DNA from: an uncultured Bacteroides sp.
Lineage (GTDB): Bacteria > Bacteroidota > Bacteroidia > Bacteroidales > Muribaculaceae
Direction of reading: 5' to 3'
Length of the DNA: 49,899 nt
NCBI GenBank assembly: GCA_964454925.1
Contig: CAYVXC010000001.1
Location: forward strand, 3,927-53,825
Shown here: piece by piece, positions 7,993-17,748 of the stretch
Numbering within the stretch: the first letter of the stretch is position 1
Layout of the letters: each line of letters opens with the position of its first letter
Made by a program: the position numbers and the translations under genes
The notes under the pieces: model-generated
The model's input: the letters and a program-made list of their open reading frames with translations, nothing else
Databases searched by the model: none
What the model was told of the DNA's origin: nothing

Positions 7993-9507
7993 ATGAAAAA
8001 ATTTACTCTTTTGTTTGCCCTCGGCCTGACATTGAACGCTTGGGGTGCTACTAAAAATGAAGTTTTCGAACTCAACGACGGAAAAGTCTACACTCTCGAA
8101 GATCTTTCGAAAATTGAAGGTTCGGGCGTTACCAAAACCGGCGATCTGACCTATTCACTGGTCAAAGACATCGAGTTGAAAGGAACCACCGGTTTCAAAC
8201 TCGAAAACAAATCGGTTGTCAACATGGGTCCCGCTGTTCTGGTGCGCGTTTATGGTCAGACTCAGTTCGATGTAACCGACACCGCCACGATCTGTCCGAC
8301 CGAAGCCGGAAACAAGTGTAAAGGTTTCCACATCTATCAGATGCACGCCACCGACCGCACCATTAGCCACGTCCGTTTTGAAGAAGCCGGAATCAGTCTT
8401 GGCAGCGAACAGGGAGCTATTGTCGAAAACTGTTCATTCGTCGGAAGCAACGGCGAGCTGGCCAAATATGCCGTCCTGTTCTCGTCAGCTTCGATCAACA
8501 ACGTCGTCCGCAACTGCTACTTCCTCAACACCCAGTTCTCGGCCGTCGGTAACGGCTCGAACGTAGCCGCCGGTATCACCATCGAAAACAACGTTTTTGA
8601 AAAATGTTCGACCGTAGGCCGCAACTATCCTTATATCAATGTTTGTCCTTCGGGCGACAATGGCGGTACATATATCCGCAACAACAAGATTATCGGCGGA
8701 CAAGGTCTGATGGCCGGTGCGATCTCTTTCTCGAATATGCTCGCTATGCTTGGCGCGAACAAAGTCGTCATCGAAGACAACGAAATGTCAGACTGCCGCT
8801 ATGGTATTCAGGTTATGGGCTATTGTGACGCCCGTGTCCTGAACAACCGCGTCATCAACTGTCACTACGAATCCAACGCCAACAACGGTGGTTCGGGCCT
8901 GACCGTCAGCTCAAGCAGCGCCAGCCTGATAGCCAATGTATATGCCGAAGGCAACTATATCGAAGGTTGTCTTTGGGGTGTGACAGTCATCAAGACTGCC
9001 AAACTCAACATGGGTTGTCTCGAAACCAATATCCCCGATGTCGAATATAACCCCGGTCGCAACGAAATGCGTAACAACGGTAACTGTGGCAAGGCTCCCG
9101 AAGGCCAGACAACAGCTTTCGATCCTTCGATTCCCTACGACCTCTATAACAACACTACCTCGACTATCTATGCTCAGGGTAATATCTGGGGCGGTGCTGA
9201 CCAGTCGGCTGAAGAAATCGAAAAACGCATCGTTCACAAAAACGATGACGACAGCCTCGGCGAAGTCATCTTCCTTCCCGCCGGAACAGGTGACGTAGTA
9301 TCCATCACTGCAGACAGTGTGTTTGACATCGCTGTAAGCGCCGGCACAATCACTGTTACCGGTGTCGAAGAAGGAACACCCGTTACTGTCTATGACATCA
9401 ACGGCGCCGTAATCGCCAAAGGCGCGGCCGGCGAAACCCTCGCTCCCGCACGCCGCGGCGTAGTAATCGTTGCCGCCGGCAACGTAGCCCGCCAGATCGC
9501 CCTCTGA
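7993..9507 (+). CDS. Right-handed parallel beta-helix protein with probable T9SS C-terminal sorting domain
   Basis: Signal peptide, PbH1-type Asn-ladder repeats (IVENCSF, VVRNCYF, TIENNVF, YIRNNKI, VIEDNEM) and CTD-like end (VTVYDINGAVI...GVVIV...RQIAL). Confidence 0.75.
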   Translation: MKKFTLLFALGLTLNAWGATKNEVFELNDGKVYTLEDLSKIEGSGVTKTGDLTYSLVKDIELKGTTGFKLENKSVVNMGPAVLVRVYGQTQFDVTDTATICPTEAGNKCKGFHIYQMHATDRTISHVRFEEAGISLGSEQGAIVENCSFVGSNGELAKYAVLFSSASINNVVRNCYFLNTQFSAVGNGSNVAAGITIENNVFEKCSTVGRNYPYINVCPSGDNGGTYIRNNKIIGGQGLMAGAISFSNMLAMLGANKVVIEDNEMSDCRYGIQVMGYCDARVLNNRVINCHYESNANNGGSGLTVSSSSASLIANVYAEGNYIEGCLWGVTVIKTAKLNMGCLETNIPDVEYNPGRNEMRNNGNCGKAPEGQTTAFDPSIPYDLYNNTTSTIYAQGNIWGGADQSAEEIEKRIVHKNDDDSLGEVIFLPAGTGDVVSITADSVFDIAVSAGTITVTGVEEGTPVTVYDINGAVIAKGAAGETLAPARRGVVIVAAGNVARQIAL

Positions 9508-9526
9508 TTCTGACCTGTCTTTCACT

Positions 9527-9576
9527 AAAATAACCGAGTGTGACGCATATCTCAGTGTCACACTCGGTTATTTTTT
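9527..9576. terminator. Bidirectional intrinsic terminator between convergent genes
   Basis: AAAATAACCGAGTGTGAC...GTCACACTCGGTTATTTT inverted repeat with A/T tails. Confidence 0.85.
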
Positions 9577-9590
9577 GGCTTCGCGGTTAC

Positions 9591-10976
9591 TTATTCCGGG
9601 AGGTTCCAGCCACCCCCAAGGGCTTTGTAGAGGGCGATGAGAGCGAAGTATTCATCGCGGATGGAGTTGCTGACGTCAATCCGCGCGTCGAAATAGCGGC
9701 GTTGGGCATCAAGGACGTCTATATAGCTGAGAGAGCCACCGCGGTACTGAAGATTCGCAAGACGTTCGTACTCGGCGGCAGCTTCGCGCAGACTGTGTTT
9801 AAGAGTACCTGTACGGCGTGCATCCTGATAGGCGTTGATGGCCATATTAACCTCGGTGAAGGCCCGAATGATGTTTTTCTCATATTGTATCCGTGACTGC
9901 TCGTAAGCGGCGACAGCGGCCTCATATTTCTTCTTCCGGCGTCCGAAATCAAAAACGGGACCCGCCACCGTACCAACGATGAATGTGAACGGCGATTGGA
10001 GAAAACGGCTCAGCTCGTTGTTTTCAAAACCGGGTGTAAAACCTAATTGAAGAGTCGGAAAACGCTCGGCGTATGTAAACCCGGCGTTAGCCATCGCCGC
10101 TCTCAGGCGAAGTTCGGAAGCACGAAGGTCAGGACGCCTCTGAAGTAGAGTCGAAGGAACCCCGAGAGGAAGCTGCTCGATTTTCACCGGGTCGAGCTGA
10201 TGTTTTCCCGAAGTGAGTTCCTCGTCGGGAAACTCGCCCATAAGGAGTGTGAGCGCATTGCGGGCAGCCGTGAGCTGTTTTTCGAGACTCGGAATGAGCG
10301 AGGCCGCCGTGGAGTACTCGACCATCGCCTGCTGGTAGACGGTTTCTGACGTAAGACCGCCTTCGAATCTCAGTTTTGCCATTCTCAATGACTCCTTGCG
10401 CGATTCGACTGTCCGGCGAACAATCGAGAGTTCATTTTCGAGAGCAACCAATCTTACGTAGGCTTCGGCGGTCTGAGCGATCAGCGAAACCTGCATTGCA
10501 CGGTAGTCCTCGGCCGAGGCAAGATAGTTGGCTTCGCCGCGTTTCCTGGCCCACGAAAGAGAGCCCAGGAGGTTGATTTCCCAGGAAATAGGTATTTTGA
10601 TACCGAATTCCCTGTCGTGCTTTATGCCTGTTCCCGAATAGTCATTGGTCTCGTCGTTGGCATAGACTGTCCCTCCGATCGTCGGCATCATATTGGATTT
10701 ATCGACGCCATACAGGCTTTTAAGTTCCTGAATGCGGGCGGCCGCCGTGAGAAGATCATGGTTGTTCTCAAGAGTCCGCCTGATGAAACGACACAAAGTT
10801 GAGTCGGAATAGAATTCCCACCAGGCGACATCGGCCAGACATGCCGAATCAGGTTCCATCCGCGGGGTGAAAGCTGACGGAACGGAGGTTTCGGGCTGAC
10901 GGAGATTCCTGACTCCCGAACAGGCGCAACAGATTACGGCGAGGATGAGTCCGGCAAAAATAATATGTCTTCTCAT
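9591..10976 (-). CDS. RND efflux outer-membrane factor (TolC/OprM family lipoprotein)
   Basis: Lipobox CCAC, WWEFY, LLQRRPDL and ALYKALGGGW motifs. Confidence 0.92.
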   Translation of the reverse strand: MRRHIIFAGLILAVICCACSGVRNLRQPETSVPSAFTPRMEPDSACLADVAWWEFYSDSTLCRFIRRTLENNHDLLTAAARIQELKSLYGVDKSNMMPTIGGTVYANDETNDYSGTGIKHDREFGIKIPISWEINLLGSLSWARKRGEANYLASAEDYRAMQVSLIAQTAEAYVRLVALENELSIVRRTVESRKESLRMAKLRFEGGLTSETVYQQAMVEYSTAASLIPSLEKQLTAARNALTLLMGEFPDEELTSGKHQLDPVKIEQLPLGVPSTLLQRRPDLRASELRLRAAMANAGFTYAERFPTLQLGFTPGFENNELSRFLQSPFTFIVGTVAGPVFDFGRRKKKYEAAVAAYEQSRIQYEKNIIRAFTEVNMAINAYQDARRTGTLKHSLREAAAEYERLANLQYRGGSLSYIDVLDAQRRYFDARIDVSNSIRDEYFALIALYKALGGGWNLPE

Positions 10977-13900
10977 TTTTTTCTCTTTTTTGTCAGTTTA
11001 TTGATTGCGACGAAGAAGAAAGGCACAAAGATGATGCCGACGGTGATGGCCACGAGCATACCGAAGAATACGCCGGTACCTATGTCGCGGCGGGCGGCCG
11101 AACCGGGTCCCGTCGCTATGAGCAGCGGAACAAGCCCGAGCATGAAGGCAAGAGACGTCATGACGATCGGACGGAAACGGAGACGCGCCGCCGTGAGGGC
11201 CGCGCTGACCGCGTCGACTCCCTTCTCGACCTCTTCCTTTGCAAATTCGACAATCATAATTGCATTTTTAGCTACCAGACCAATCAGCATTACCAATCCG
11301 ATCTGGAAATAAACGTTGTTTTCGAGACCACAGATCCAGATTCCCAGATAGGCTCCCACCCCGGCAATCGGCAGCGACAGAATGACAGCCATCGGCACAC
11401 TCCAGCTCTCGTACTGGGCGGCCAGGAAAAGGAACACGAAGAGAAGAGCGAGCCCGAGTACAACGCCTGTATTGCCGCCCTCGTGGTTCTCCTGGTAGGA
11501 CAAGCCACTCCATTCGATTCCGATATTTTCGGGCAAATGCTCGCGGACAATGGTTTCGAGAGCCTCCATAGCTTCGCCTGTGCTGTGTCCCGACTTAGCT
11601 TCCCCGGTCACCACGGCCGAGTTGAACATATTGAACCGGCCTATCGTACCGGGGCCGGTGGTGTAATGGGAGGTCCCAAGTGAGGAAATGGGCACCATCG
11701 CGCCTTTGCTGCCTCTGACAAAGAACAGGTTCAAATCCTCGCGGCTCGAACGATAGGGCTCGTCGGCCTGGATATAGACGCGATAGATTCGGTTATACAT
11801 ATTGAAGTCGTTGACATAGATGGACCCGGTGAACGCTTTCATCGTCGAGAAAATGTCGCTCACGGGAATATCCTGCATCTGGGCGCGGTCGCGGTCGACT
11901 TCGAAGAATAGCTGTGGAATATCGCTCTGCATCGATGTCGAAAGGTCCGAGATTGCCGGCGACATCGAAGCATAGTGCCGGAGAGTATCGACCGCGTTCT
12001 GCAGATCGGTATAGGTTGCATCGCCACGCGCTTCAAGGACCATTTCGAAGCCGCCGGAGGTTCCGAGGCCCGGAATGATAGCGGGGGTGAAAATATAGAC
12101 CTTGCTTTCGGGATATTTCTCAAGTTCGCGGCGTACCCGGTTTCTGACTTCGGCGATATCTCCGGAAGTCCTTTCTTCCCAGGGTTTCAGAATCACCGTG
12201 AGCTGGGCATGAGCCTGATTTGTACCGACACGAGGCGACGAACCGGTCACATTCAGGACGAATTCAACGTCAGGATCGTTGAGCAAATAATCCATCGCCC
12301 GATCGGTGACCTGGCGGGTACGCTCGATGGTAGCACCTTCGGGAAGTTCAAGTTCGACAGTGAAATAGCCCTGATCCTCCTGGGACATAAAGCTGCGTGG
12401 CATCAGGCTATTCATCAAATAGATGAAAACAAGAGCCAACGCAAAAGCCACATACATACGCCGGGGATGTCCGAGAGTCCGGGTGATCGCACGGCCATAG
12501 AAACTGTTTCCACGGCTCAACCAGTCATTTATGAGACGGAATATCTTAGCTTTCTTTTTCTTCGTCTCAGGCTTCAACAGTTTGGAGCACATGACCGGTG
12601 TCAGCGTCAGGGCCACGATAGTCGAAATCACCACCGAGACGGCGATTGTGATCGTGAACTGACGATAAAGCTGCCCGACAATACCCGGCAGGAAACTCAC
12701 CGGCACAAACACCGCACACAAGACAAGCGACATGGCAATCAGCGCACTGCTGAGATTGGACATGGCTTTTTCGGTAGCTTCGAACGGCGACAGATGCTCT
12801 GTATTCATGACCCGGTCGACATTCTCGACCACAACGATCGCATCGTCCACCACAATTCCGATTGCAAGAATCAGACCGAGGAGGGTCAGCATATTCAACG
12901 AGAAGCCGAACATCAGCATAACCCCGAATGTACCTACGAGAGAAATAGGTACGGCGATGACAGGTATGAGAGCCGCCCGCCAGTTCTGGAGCGACAGGAA
13001 CACCACCAGAATCACCAGCAGGAGCGCTTCGAAGAAGGTCCGGTAAACATGGTGGATCGACTCGGAGATGTACGTTGTCATGTCGAAAGGAATGTCGTAT
13101 GTCATTCCTTCGGGGAAGTTTTTGGCAATGTTGGCCATTTCTTTCTTCACCTCCTCGGCTACTTCCATAGCGTTGGCGCCGGGAAGCATGTAAACGTTGA
13201 GGACCGCGGCATTTCCTTTGTTGATTCCGCTCTCGGTGGCATAGCTCGAAGCTTCGAGCGATACGCGGGCAACGTCTTTAAGACGGATAATCGAGCCGTC
13301 GGAATTGGCACGCAAGACAATATCTTCAAATTCGGCTACAGACGACAGACGGCCGTGGGCGATAATCGGCATTGTTATATCAATTCCCGTGGCAGGCGCC
13401 TGCCCGAGCGCACCGGCTGCCGACTCGCGGTTCTGGTCCTTCAGGGCTTTCTGAATGTCCTGTACCGAAATTCCGAGATCGGCGAGTTTATCAGGCTGAA
13501 CCCAGATCTGCATCGCGTAGTATCGTCCGCCTACACTTGAAATGCTCCCGATGCCGGGAATACGTCTCAGAAGGTCGACAACGTTGAGAGTCGTATAGTT
13601 ACTCAGATAAACCTCGTCAAATTTCGGGTCGTCTGACTGAATGGTAATCGTCATCAGACGGCTGGCGGTTTCCTTGACGACCGAGATACCGTTCTGGACG
13701 ACTTCGGCCGGCAGACGGGACTCGGCTTTCTTCACCCGGTTCTGAATATCGACGGCCGCAAGCTCGGGGTCAGTGTCGATATCGAAAGTCACGAGCGCCG
13801 AGAAACCGCCTGAATTCGAACTTGTCGATGACATGTAGATCATTCCGGGGGTGCCGTTCAGTTCCTGTTCTATCGGGGTAGCGACAGCCTGGGTGACAGT

Positions 13901-14068
13901 CGAAGCATCCGCGCCGGGATAAGAGGCCGTGATACGTACAACCGGAGGCACGATGTCGGGATATTGGTCAATAGGCAACATCTTCAGACCGATCAGACCG
14001 ACGATGAAAATCACCACCGAAATGACTATCGAGAAGACCGGATGCCTGAGAAAGAAATTCTTTTTCAT
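10973..14068 (-). CDS. RND efflux transporter permease (AcrB/HAE1 family)
   Basis: 1031 aa; GIVVDDAIVVVEN, GLVAKNAIMIVEF and RFRPIVMTS proton-relay motifs. Confidence 0.95.
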   Translation of the reverse strand: MKKNFFLRHPVFSIVISVVIFIVGLIGLKMLPIDQYPDIVPPVVRITASYPGADASTVTQAVATPIEQELNGTPGMIYMSSTSSNSGGFSALVTFDIDTDPELAAVDIQNRVKKAESRLPAEVVQNGISVVKETASRLMTITIQSDDPKFDEVYLSNYTTLNVVDLLRRIPGIGSISSVGGRYYAMQIWVQPDKLADLGISVQDIQKALKDQNRESAAGALGQAPATGIDITMPIIAHGRLSSVAEFEDIVLRANSDGSIIRLKDVARVSLEASSYATESGINKGNAAVLNVYMLPGANAMEVAEEVKKEMANIAKNFPEGMTYDIPFDMTTYISESIHHVYRTFFEALLLVILVVFLSLQNWRAALIPVIAVPISLVGTFGVMLMFGFSLNMLTLLGLILAIGIVVDDAIVVVENVDRVMNTEHLSPFEATEKAMSNLSSALIAMSLVLCAVFVPVSFLPGIVGQLYRQFTITIAVSVVISTIVALTLTPVMCSKLLKPETKKKKAKIFRLINDWLSRGNSFYGRAITRTLGHPRRMYVAFALALVFIYLMNSLMPRSFMSQEDQGYFTVELELPEGATIERTRQVTDRAMDYLLNDPDVEFVLNVTGSSPRVGTNQAHAQLTVILKPWEERTSGDIAEVRNRVRRELEKYPESKVYIFTPAIIPGLGTSGGFEMVLEARGDATYTDLQNAVDTLRHYASMSPAISDLSTSMQSDIPQLFFEVDRDRAQMQDIPVSDIFSTMKAFTGSIYVNDFNMYNRIYRVYIQADEPYRSSREDLNLFFVRGSKGAMVPISSLGTSHYTTGPGTIGRFNMFNSAVVTGEAKSGHSTGEAMEALETIVREHLPENIGIEWSGLSYQENHEGGNTGVVLGLALLFVFLFLAAQYESWSVPMAVILSLPIAGVGAYLGIWICGLENNVYFQIGLVMLIGLVAKNAIMIVEFAKEEVEKGVDAVSAALTAARLRFRPIVMTSLAFMLGLVPLLIATGPGSAARRDIGTGVFFGMLVAITVGIIFVPFFFVAINKLTKKRKK

Positions 14069-14072
14069 AGTC

Positions 14073-15308
14073 TTATTCCTCCGATTCGTTGTCAGACTCT
14101 GTTTTGGCGACGGGTTTGACCTTCATCGAGTGGGATAGTTTGTGATAGCCCTCGGTGACAATCTTCTCGCCCGGGACCAGGCCTCGCTCGACAATGACCG
14201 AATTTCCGGTTTCGGGACCGATTTCGATGAAACGTTTCTCGACCACACTATCAGGACGGACAACGTAGACATACACCCCGCCCTTCTCAATTACCAAAGC
14301 CTTGTTCGGGACCTCAACCGCACGCTGACGGCGGTCGAGGAGAACTTTCACCTTGGTGAACTCCCCGGGGAGGAGCTGGCGTTCGGGATTGGGCATTTCG
14401 GCCCTCACCGAGAACGTTCCCGTCTTGGGATCTACCTGGGGATCCGCAAAATCGACCAGACCGCGGTAGGGATATTCCGAACCGTCGGCGAGCGTGATGG
14501 TCACATGTGATTTCAACTTGTTCGTACCCTCGCTTTCGCCCAGACTGACATTGCGGTCCTTGCTCCGGAGATAATCGAGGGCGGTCATGGAAAAGTCTAT
14601 TCTGACCGTGTCGCTCTTGACTACAGTCGCGAGCAGTGATTTGCCCGTCGAGGGACCGACGAGGGTTCCGATATCGGCCACGCGCTCGGAAATATAGCCC
14701 GAAATGGGCGATACAACCCGTGTATAGCCAAGTGTAAGTTCGGCCTGTGTGAGATCCGACTGGGCAACCGTCACTTCGGCATTGGCGCTCTCGGAGGCCG
14801 CAATCGCGTTGTCGAGGTCGAGCTGAGAGGCCGCGTTCTGTTCATAGAGCGGACGGATGCGCTTCAGGTCCCGGTCGGCTTTCAGGGCCTGAGCCTTGGC
14901 TTTGTTAAGCTGAGCTTTGGCACGGTTAACCCGCGCTTCATAGACACGCGGATCTATAATAAAGAGCGTCTGTCCTTTCAGAATGTGTGAACCTTCCTTG
15001 AACAGCATACTTTCGAGATAGCCTTCGACTCGGGCATGAACTTCAACAAACTGCTGGGCGCGTATGCGTCCGACATATTCGCCATAGATATTGACCGTGG
15101 TGGTGTCGACCGTTGCCACTTCAACGGTAGGCAAGTCGACCACCTGTTCCTTGGGTTTCAACATGAAATATATAGTCGCGGCAATGACAAGAATGAGAAG
15201 CGAGTTGACGAGCCACGAGAATTTGTTATTCAACAGAATCCTCTGAAAAAGGTTGAGATGTTTTCCCGAGCGTTCCGAGGGACGGTCGGAATTTGGAATG
15301 GTAGTCAT
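14073..15308 (-). CDS. RND efflux periplasmic adaptor (MFP)
   Basis: N-terminal TM, EVHARVEGYL, coiled-coil hairpin, VVSPISGYI and GLVPGEKIVTEG. Confidence 0.93.
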   Translation of the reverse strand: MTTIPNSDRPSERSGKHLNLFQRILLNNKFSWLVNSLLILVIAATIYFMLKPKEQVVDLPTVEVATVDTTTVNIYGEYVGRIRAQQFVEVHARVEGYLESMLFKEGSHILKGQTLFIIDPRVYEARVNRAKAQLNKAKAQALKADRDLKRIRPLYEQNAASQLDLDNAIAASESANAEVTVAQSDLTQAELTLGYTRVVSPISGYISERVADIGTLVGPSTGKSLLATVVKSDTVRIDFSMTALDYLRSKDRNVSLGESEGTNKLKSHVTITLADGSEYPYRGLVDFADPQVDPKTGTFSVRAEMPNPERQLLPGEFTKVKVLLDRRQRAVEVPNKALVIEKGGVYVYVVRPDSVVEKRFIEIGPETGNSVIVERGLVPGEKIVTEGYHKLSHSMKVKPVAKTESDNESEE

Positions 15309-15330
15309 ATAGCTGAAAGTGATTTTTATT

Positions 15331-15870
15331 TCATAGGAAAGTTATTTCGGCGGCGGTGGTAGTTGCGACGGTTAGCATATTGTCGTCTGCCACCCCGGGA
15401 AAGACATGGAGAAAAATAGTCAGGCCGTCTCTGAAACAGGCCGACGAAAAGTCATCGGAGAGGGTAATGTCGCGGGCAAAATCCACACCTTGTCCGCGAA
15501 TGGCCTTAAAAACGGCCTCTTTTGCCGTCCAGGCCCTTAAAAGTCCCAGAGGTATGGATTCCGCCACGATCTGTTCGCGATCGCTCAGAAAGCGCGGAGC
15601 GACCTTCTCGAGTTGTTGACGCGGCTGTTCGATATCGATTCCGACACATCCGGAGGCGACAGCGACGGCGACGTATGTCAGCGAATGGCTTATCGAGATA
15701 CACATTCCCGACCCGGGGATGAAAGGCGAGCCGTCGGAACGGTGCCCGACCGTCATACCTCCGTCGGGGAACAATCGTCCGAGAGCCACACCAACGGCCT
15801 CCCGTTCAGCTTCGGAACGTGTGAGATCATTGGATCTATGGATGGGAGATATGGCGACCCTGACATTCAT
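15331..15870 (-). CDS. 4'-phosphopantetheinyl transferase (Sfp/EntD-like)
   Basis: ISISHS, VGIDIE and WTAKEAVFK motifs. Confidence 0.88.
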   Translation of the reverse strand: MNVRVAISPIHRSNDLTRSEAEREAVGVALGRLFPDGGMTVGHRSDGSPFIPGSGMCISISHSLTYVAVAVASGCVGIDIEQPRQQLEKVAPRFLSDREQIVAESIPLGLLRAWTAKEAVFKAIRGQGVDFARDITLSDDFSSACFRDGLTIFLHVFPGVADDNMLTVATTTAAEITFL

Positions 15871-16481
15871 CGGCGACTTCTGATTACGGTTAGAGGGCCG
15901 AGAGCCGATGTCAGATCATCGGTGAGACGGTCATATAGCGGACGGATGGAATCGTAGCTGAAAGCTGACGATGCGTCATGGACAAAGGCTGTGGCCGATA
16001 CCACCCAGCGGCCGTCGACATCAGCCAGTAACTGAACCGGAGTCTGAGAACCGGTCTGAGCGGTCACAATGACGGCTTCAATTCCGTCGCCAAAAGCATG
16101 CGTAGTATGAGCGGGAGCTCCGTTGAGGTTGAGGCTTATCCGTTCGCGACGCGCCTCGAGCACTTTTTCAATATTTCCGCTGTTGACGGGTATGAATGTA
16201 TAATAAACCGATGCACCGGTGGCCTTCGGGTAGTCAACGGTCAATCCCGCCGGACGCTCTTTGTCGGCAGGAGTAACCGTATATTCGGCCGCCTTGCTGA
16301 TCTTTACCGCCACCGGTAGCCCGTCGGAGAGAACCGATGTCGTCGTGTCGGGCAGATCGAGGCGAGGATACGCTGTCGGACGGGGCACAGTCGCCGGACC
16401 CTGTCCTGAGTCATCGGTGGACGTGCATCCACAACATAGACACAGGAAAACACCGGTCAACAGTATCAGGCGATCAGACAT
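15867..16481 (-). CDS. gldD: GldD-like lipoprotein
   Basis: Lipobox CCGC, PRPTAYPRLDLP motif, ends DSIRPLYDRLTDDL; immediately after gldE. Confidence 0.65.
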   Translation of the reverse strand: MSDRLILLTGVFLCLCCGCTSTDDSGQGPATVPRPTAYPRLDLPDTTTSVLSDGLPVAVKISKAAEYTVTPADKERPAGLTVDYPKATGASVYYTFIPVNSGNIEKVLEARRERISLNLNGAPAHTTHAFGDGIEAVIVTAQTGSQTPVQLLADVDGRWVVSATAFVHDASSAFSYDSIRPLYDRLTDDLTSALGPLTVIRSRR

Positions 16482-17748
16482 TTTGATTTTCGGGCATTAT
16501 TTTCACACGAACCCCGGTGATTCGGTGATCGACAATATCAAGTACGAGGAATCGACAACGGCCATAGACCAGCGGCTCCTTTTCCTTCGGGAAGTCTCCT
16601 TTGATTGCAAGTAACATTCCGGCCAAAGTCTCTGAATCCTCGGTGACGGCCGTATAGTCATCGGGGTCGAGGTCGGTGATCCTGAAGAAATCGGTCAGAA
16701 GCGTACGGCCTTCGAAAATAAACGTATCGTCGCGCAGACGCTTATAGGTCTGTTCCTCCCCGTCGTATTCGTCGGCGATGTCTCCGACAATTTCCTCAAG
16801 AACGTCTTCCATCGTCACGATTCCGCTGGTGCCTCCGAACTCGTCGACCACTATGGCAAGATGGATATGGCGTCGGCGGAAATCTTCGAGAAGATCGTCG
16901 ATCTTGCGTGATTCCGGGACAAAATATGGTTCGCGGAGAATACTGTGCCAGTCGAAGTCGGGATCGGTTCGGCCAACGTAGGGAAGAAGGTCGCGCGCAT
17001 AGAGGACGCCCTTGATATCGTCCTGACTCGTGCCGTATACAGGCAGACGGGAGAAGCCCGAATCAATCACTATCTTCATGACTTCGTCGAAGTCAGCCGA
17101 GATGGGAATGTCAGTGACGTCCATACGCGGCGTCATGATTTCGCTGGCGGCCGTATCGCCGAACTCAAGAATGCCTTCAAGCATTTCCTTGTCATCATCG
17201 GCTTTTACATCGGTCAGTTCAAGAGCCTGTGACAAATCCTCGGCTGAAATAGTCGGGGCCTGTTTGGTGACAACCCTGTGTACAATCGACGTCGATTTGA
17301 CAAGGATACGCGAAAGTGGCGAACAAAGAGCCATCAGAACCCTGAGACCACCCGAAGCAAACAGGGCCCATTTGACCGGATTGGAATTGGCATAGAGTTT
17401 GGGGAGAATCTCTCCGAAAAGCAGAATCAGGAATGTCAGAATAACGGTCTGGAGAACGAAACTCAGAATTTCGTTCATCCCGTCAAAAACGGGTCCGAGG
17501 GCAAAGTTGGTCAGGACAACGATGGTAACGTTGACCAGATTGTTTGAAATCAGGATGGTCGCCAGCAGCTGTTCCGGACGCTGAAGGAGCTTCAGGACCC
17601 GCATTCCGGACGGAGTTTCGCTAAGTTTTTCACGCTGAGGCTGAGTAAGCGAGAAATACGCGATCTCGCTTCCGGAGATAAACCCGGAAACAAACAGAGC
17701 CGCCAAAGCTACAAGCAAAGATATTATTTGAGCCGGAGTTTCTATCAT
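16474..17748 (-). CDS. gldE: GldE / CNNM-HlyC-CorC family transporter with CBS pair
   Basis: SGSEIAYFSL, LLFGEILPK, SGFSRLPVY, VVDEFGGTSGIVTMEDVLEEIVGDI and a CorC C-terminus. Confidence 0.88.
   Translation of the reverse strand: MIETPAQIISLLVALAALFVSGFISGSEIAYFSLTQPQREKLSETPSGMRVLKLLQRPEQLLATILISNNLVNVTIVVLTNFALGPVFDGMNEILSFVLQTVILTFLILLFGEILPKLYANSNPVKWALFASGGLRVLMALCSPLSRILVKSTSIVHRVVTKQAPTISAEDLSQALELTDVKADDDKEMLEGILEFGDTAASEIMTPRMDVTDIPISADFDEVMKIVIDSGFSRLPVYGTSQDDIKGVLYARDLLPYVGRTDPDFDWHSILREPYFVPESRKIDDLLEDFRRRHIHLAIVVDEFGGTSGIVTMEDVLEEIVGDIADEYDGEEQTYKRLRDDTFIFEGRTLLTDFFRITDLDPDDYTAVTEDSETLAGMLLAIKGDFPKEKEPLVYGRCRFLVLDIVDHRITGVRVKIMPENQNV

Noticed and set aside
11975-13540. 521-aa plus-strand ORF
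   Set aside because: Antisense shadow of the RND permease with no recognisable motifs; expected from codon bias.
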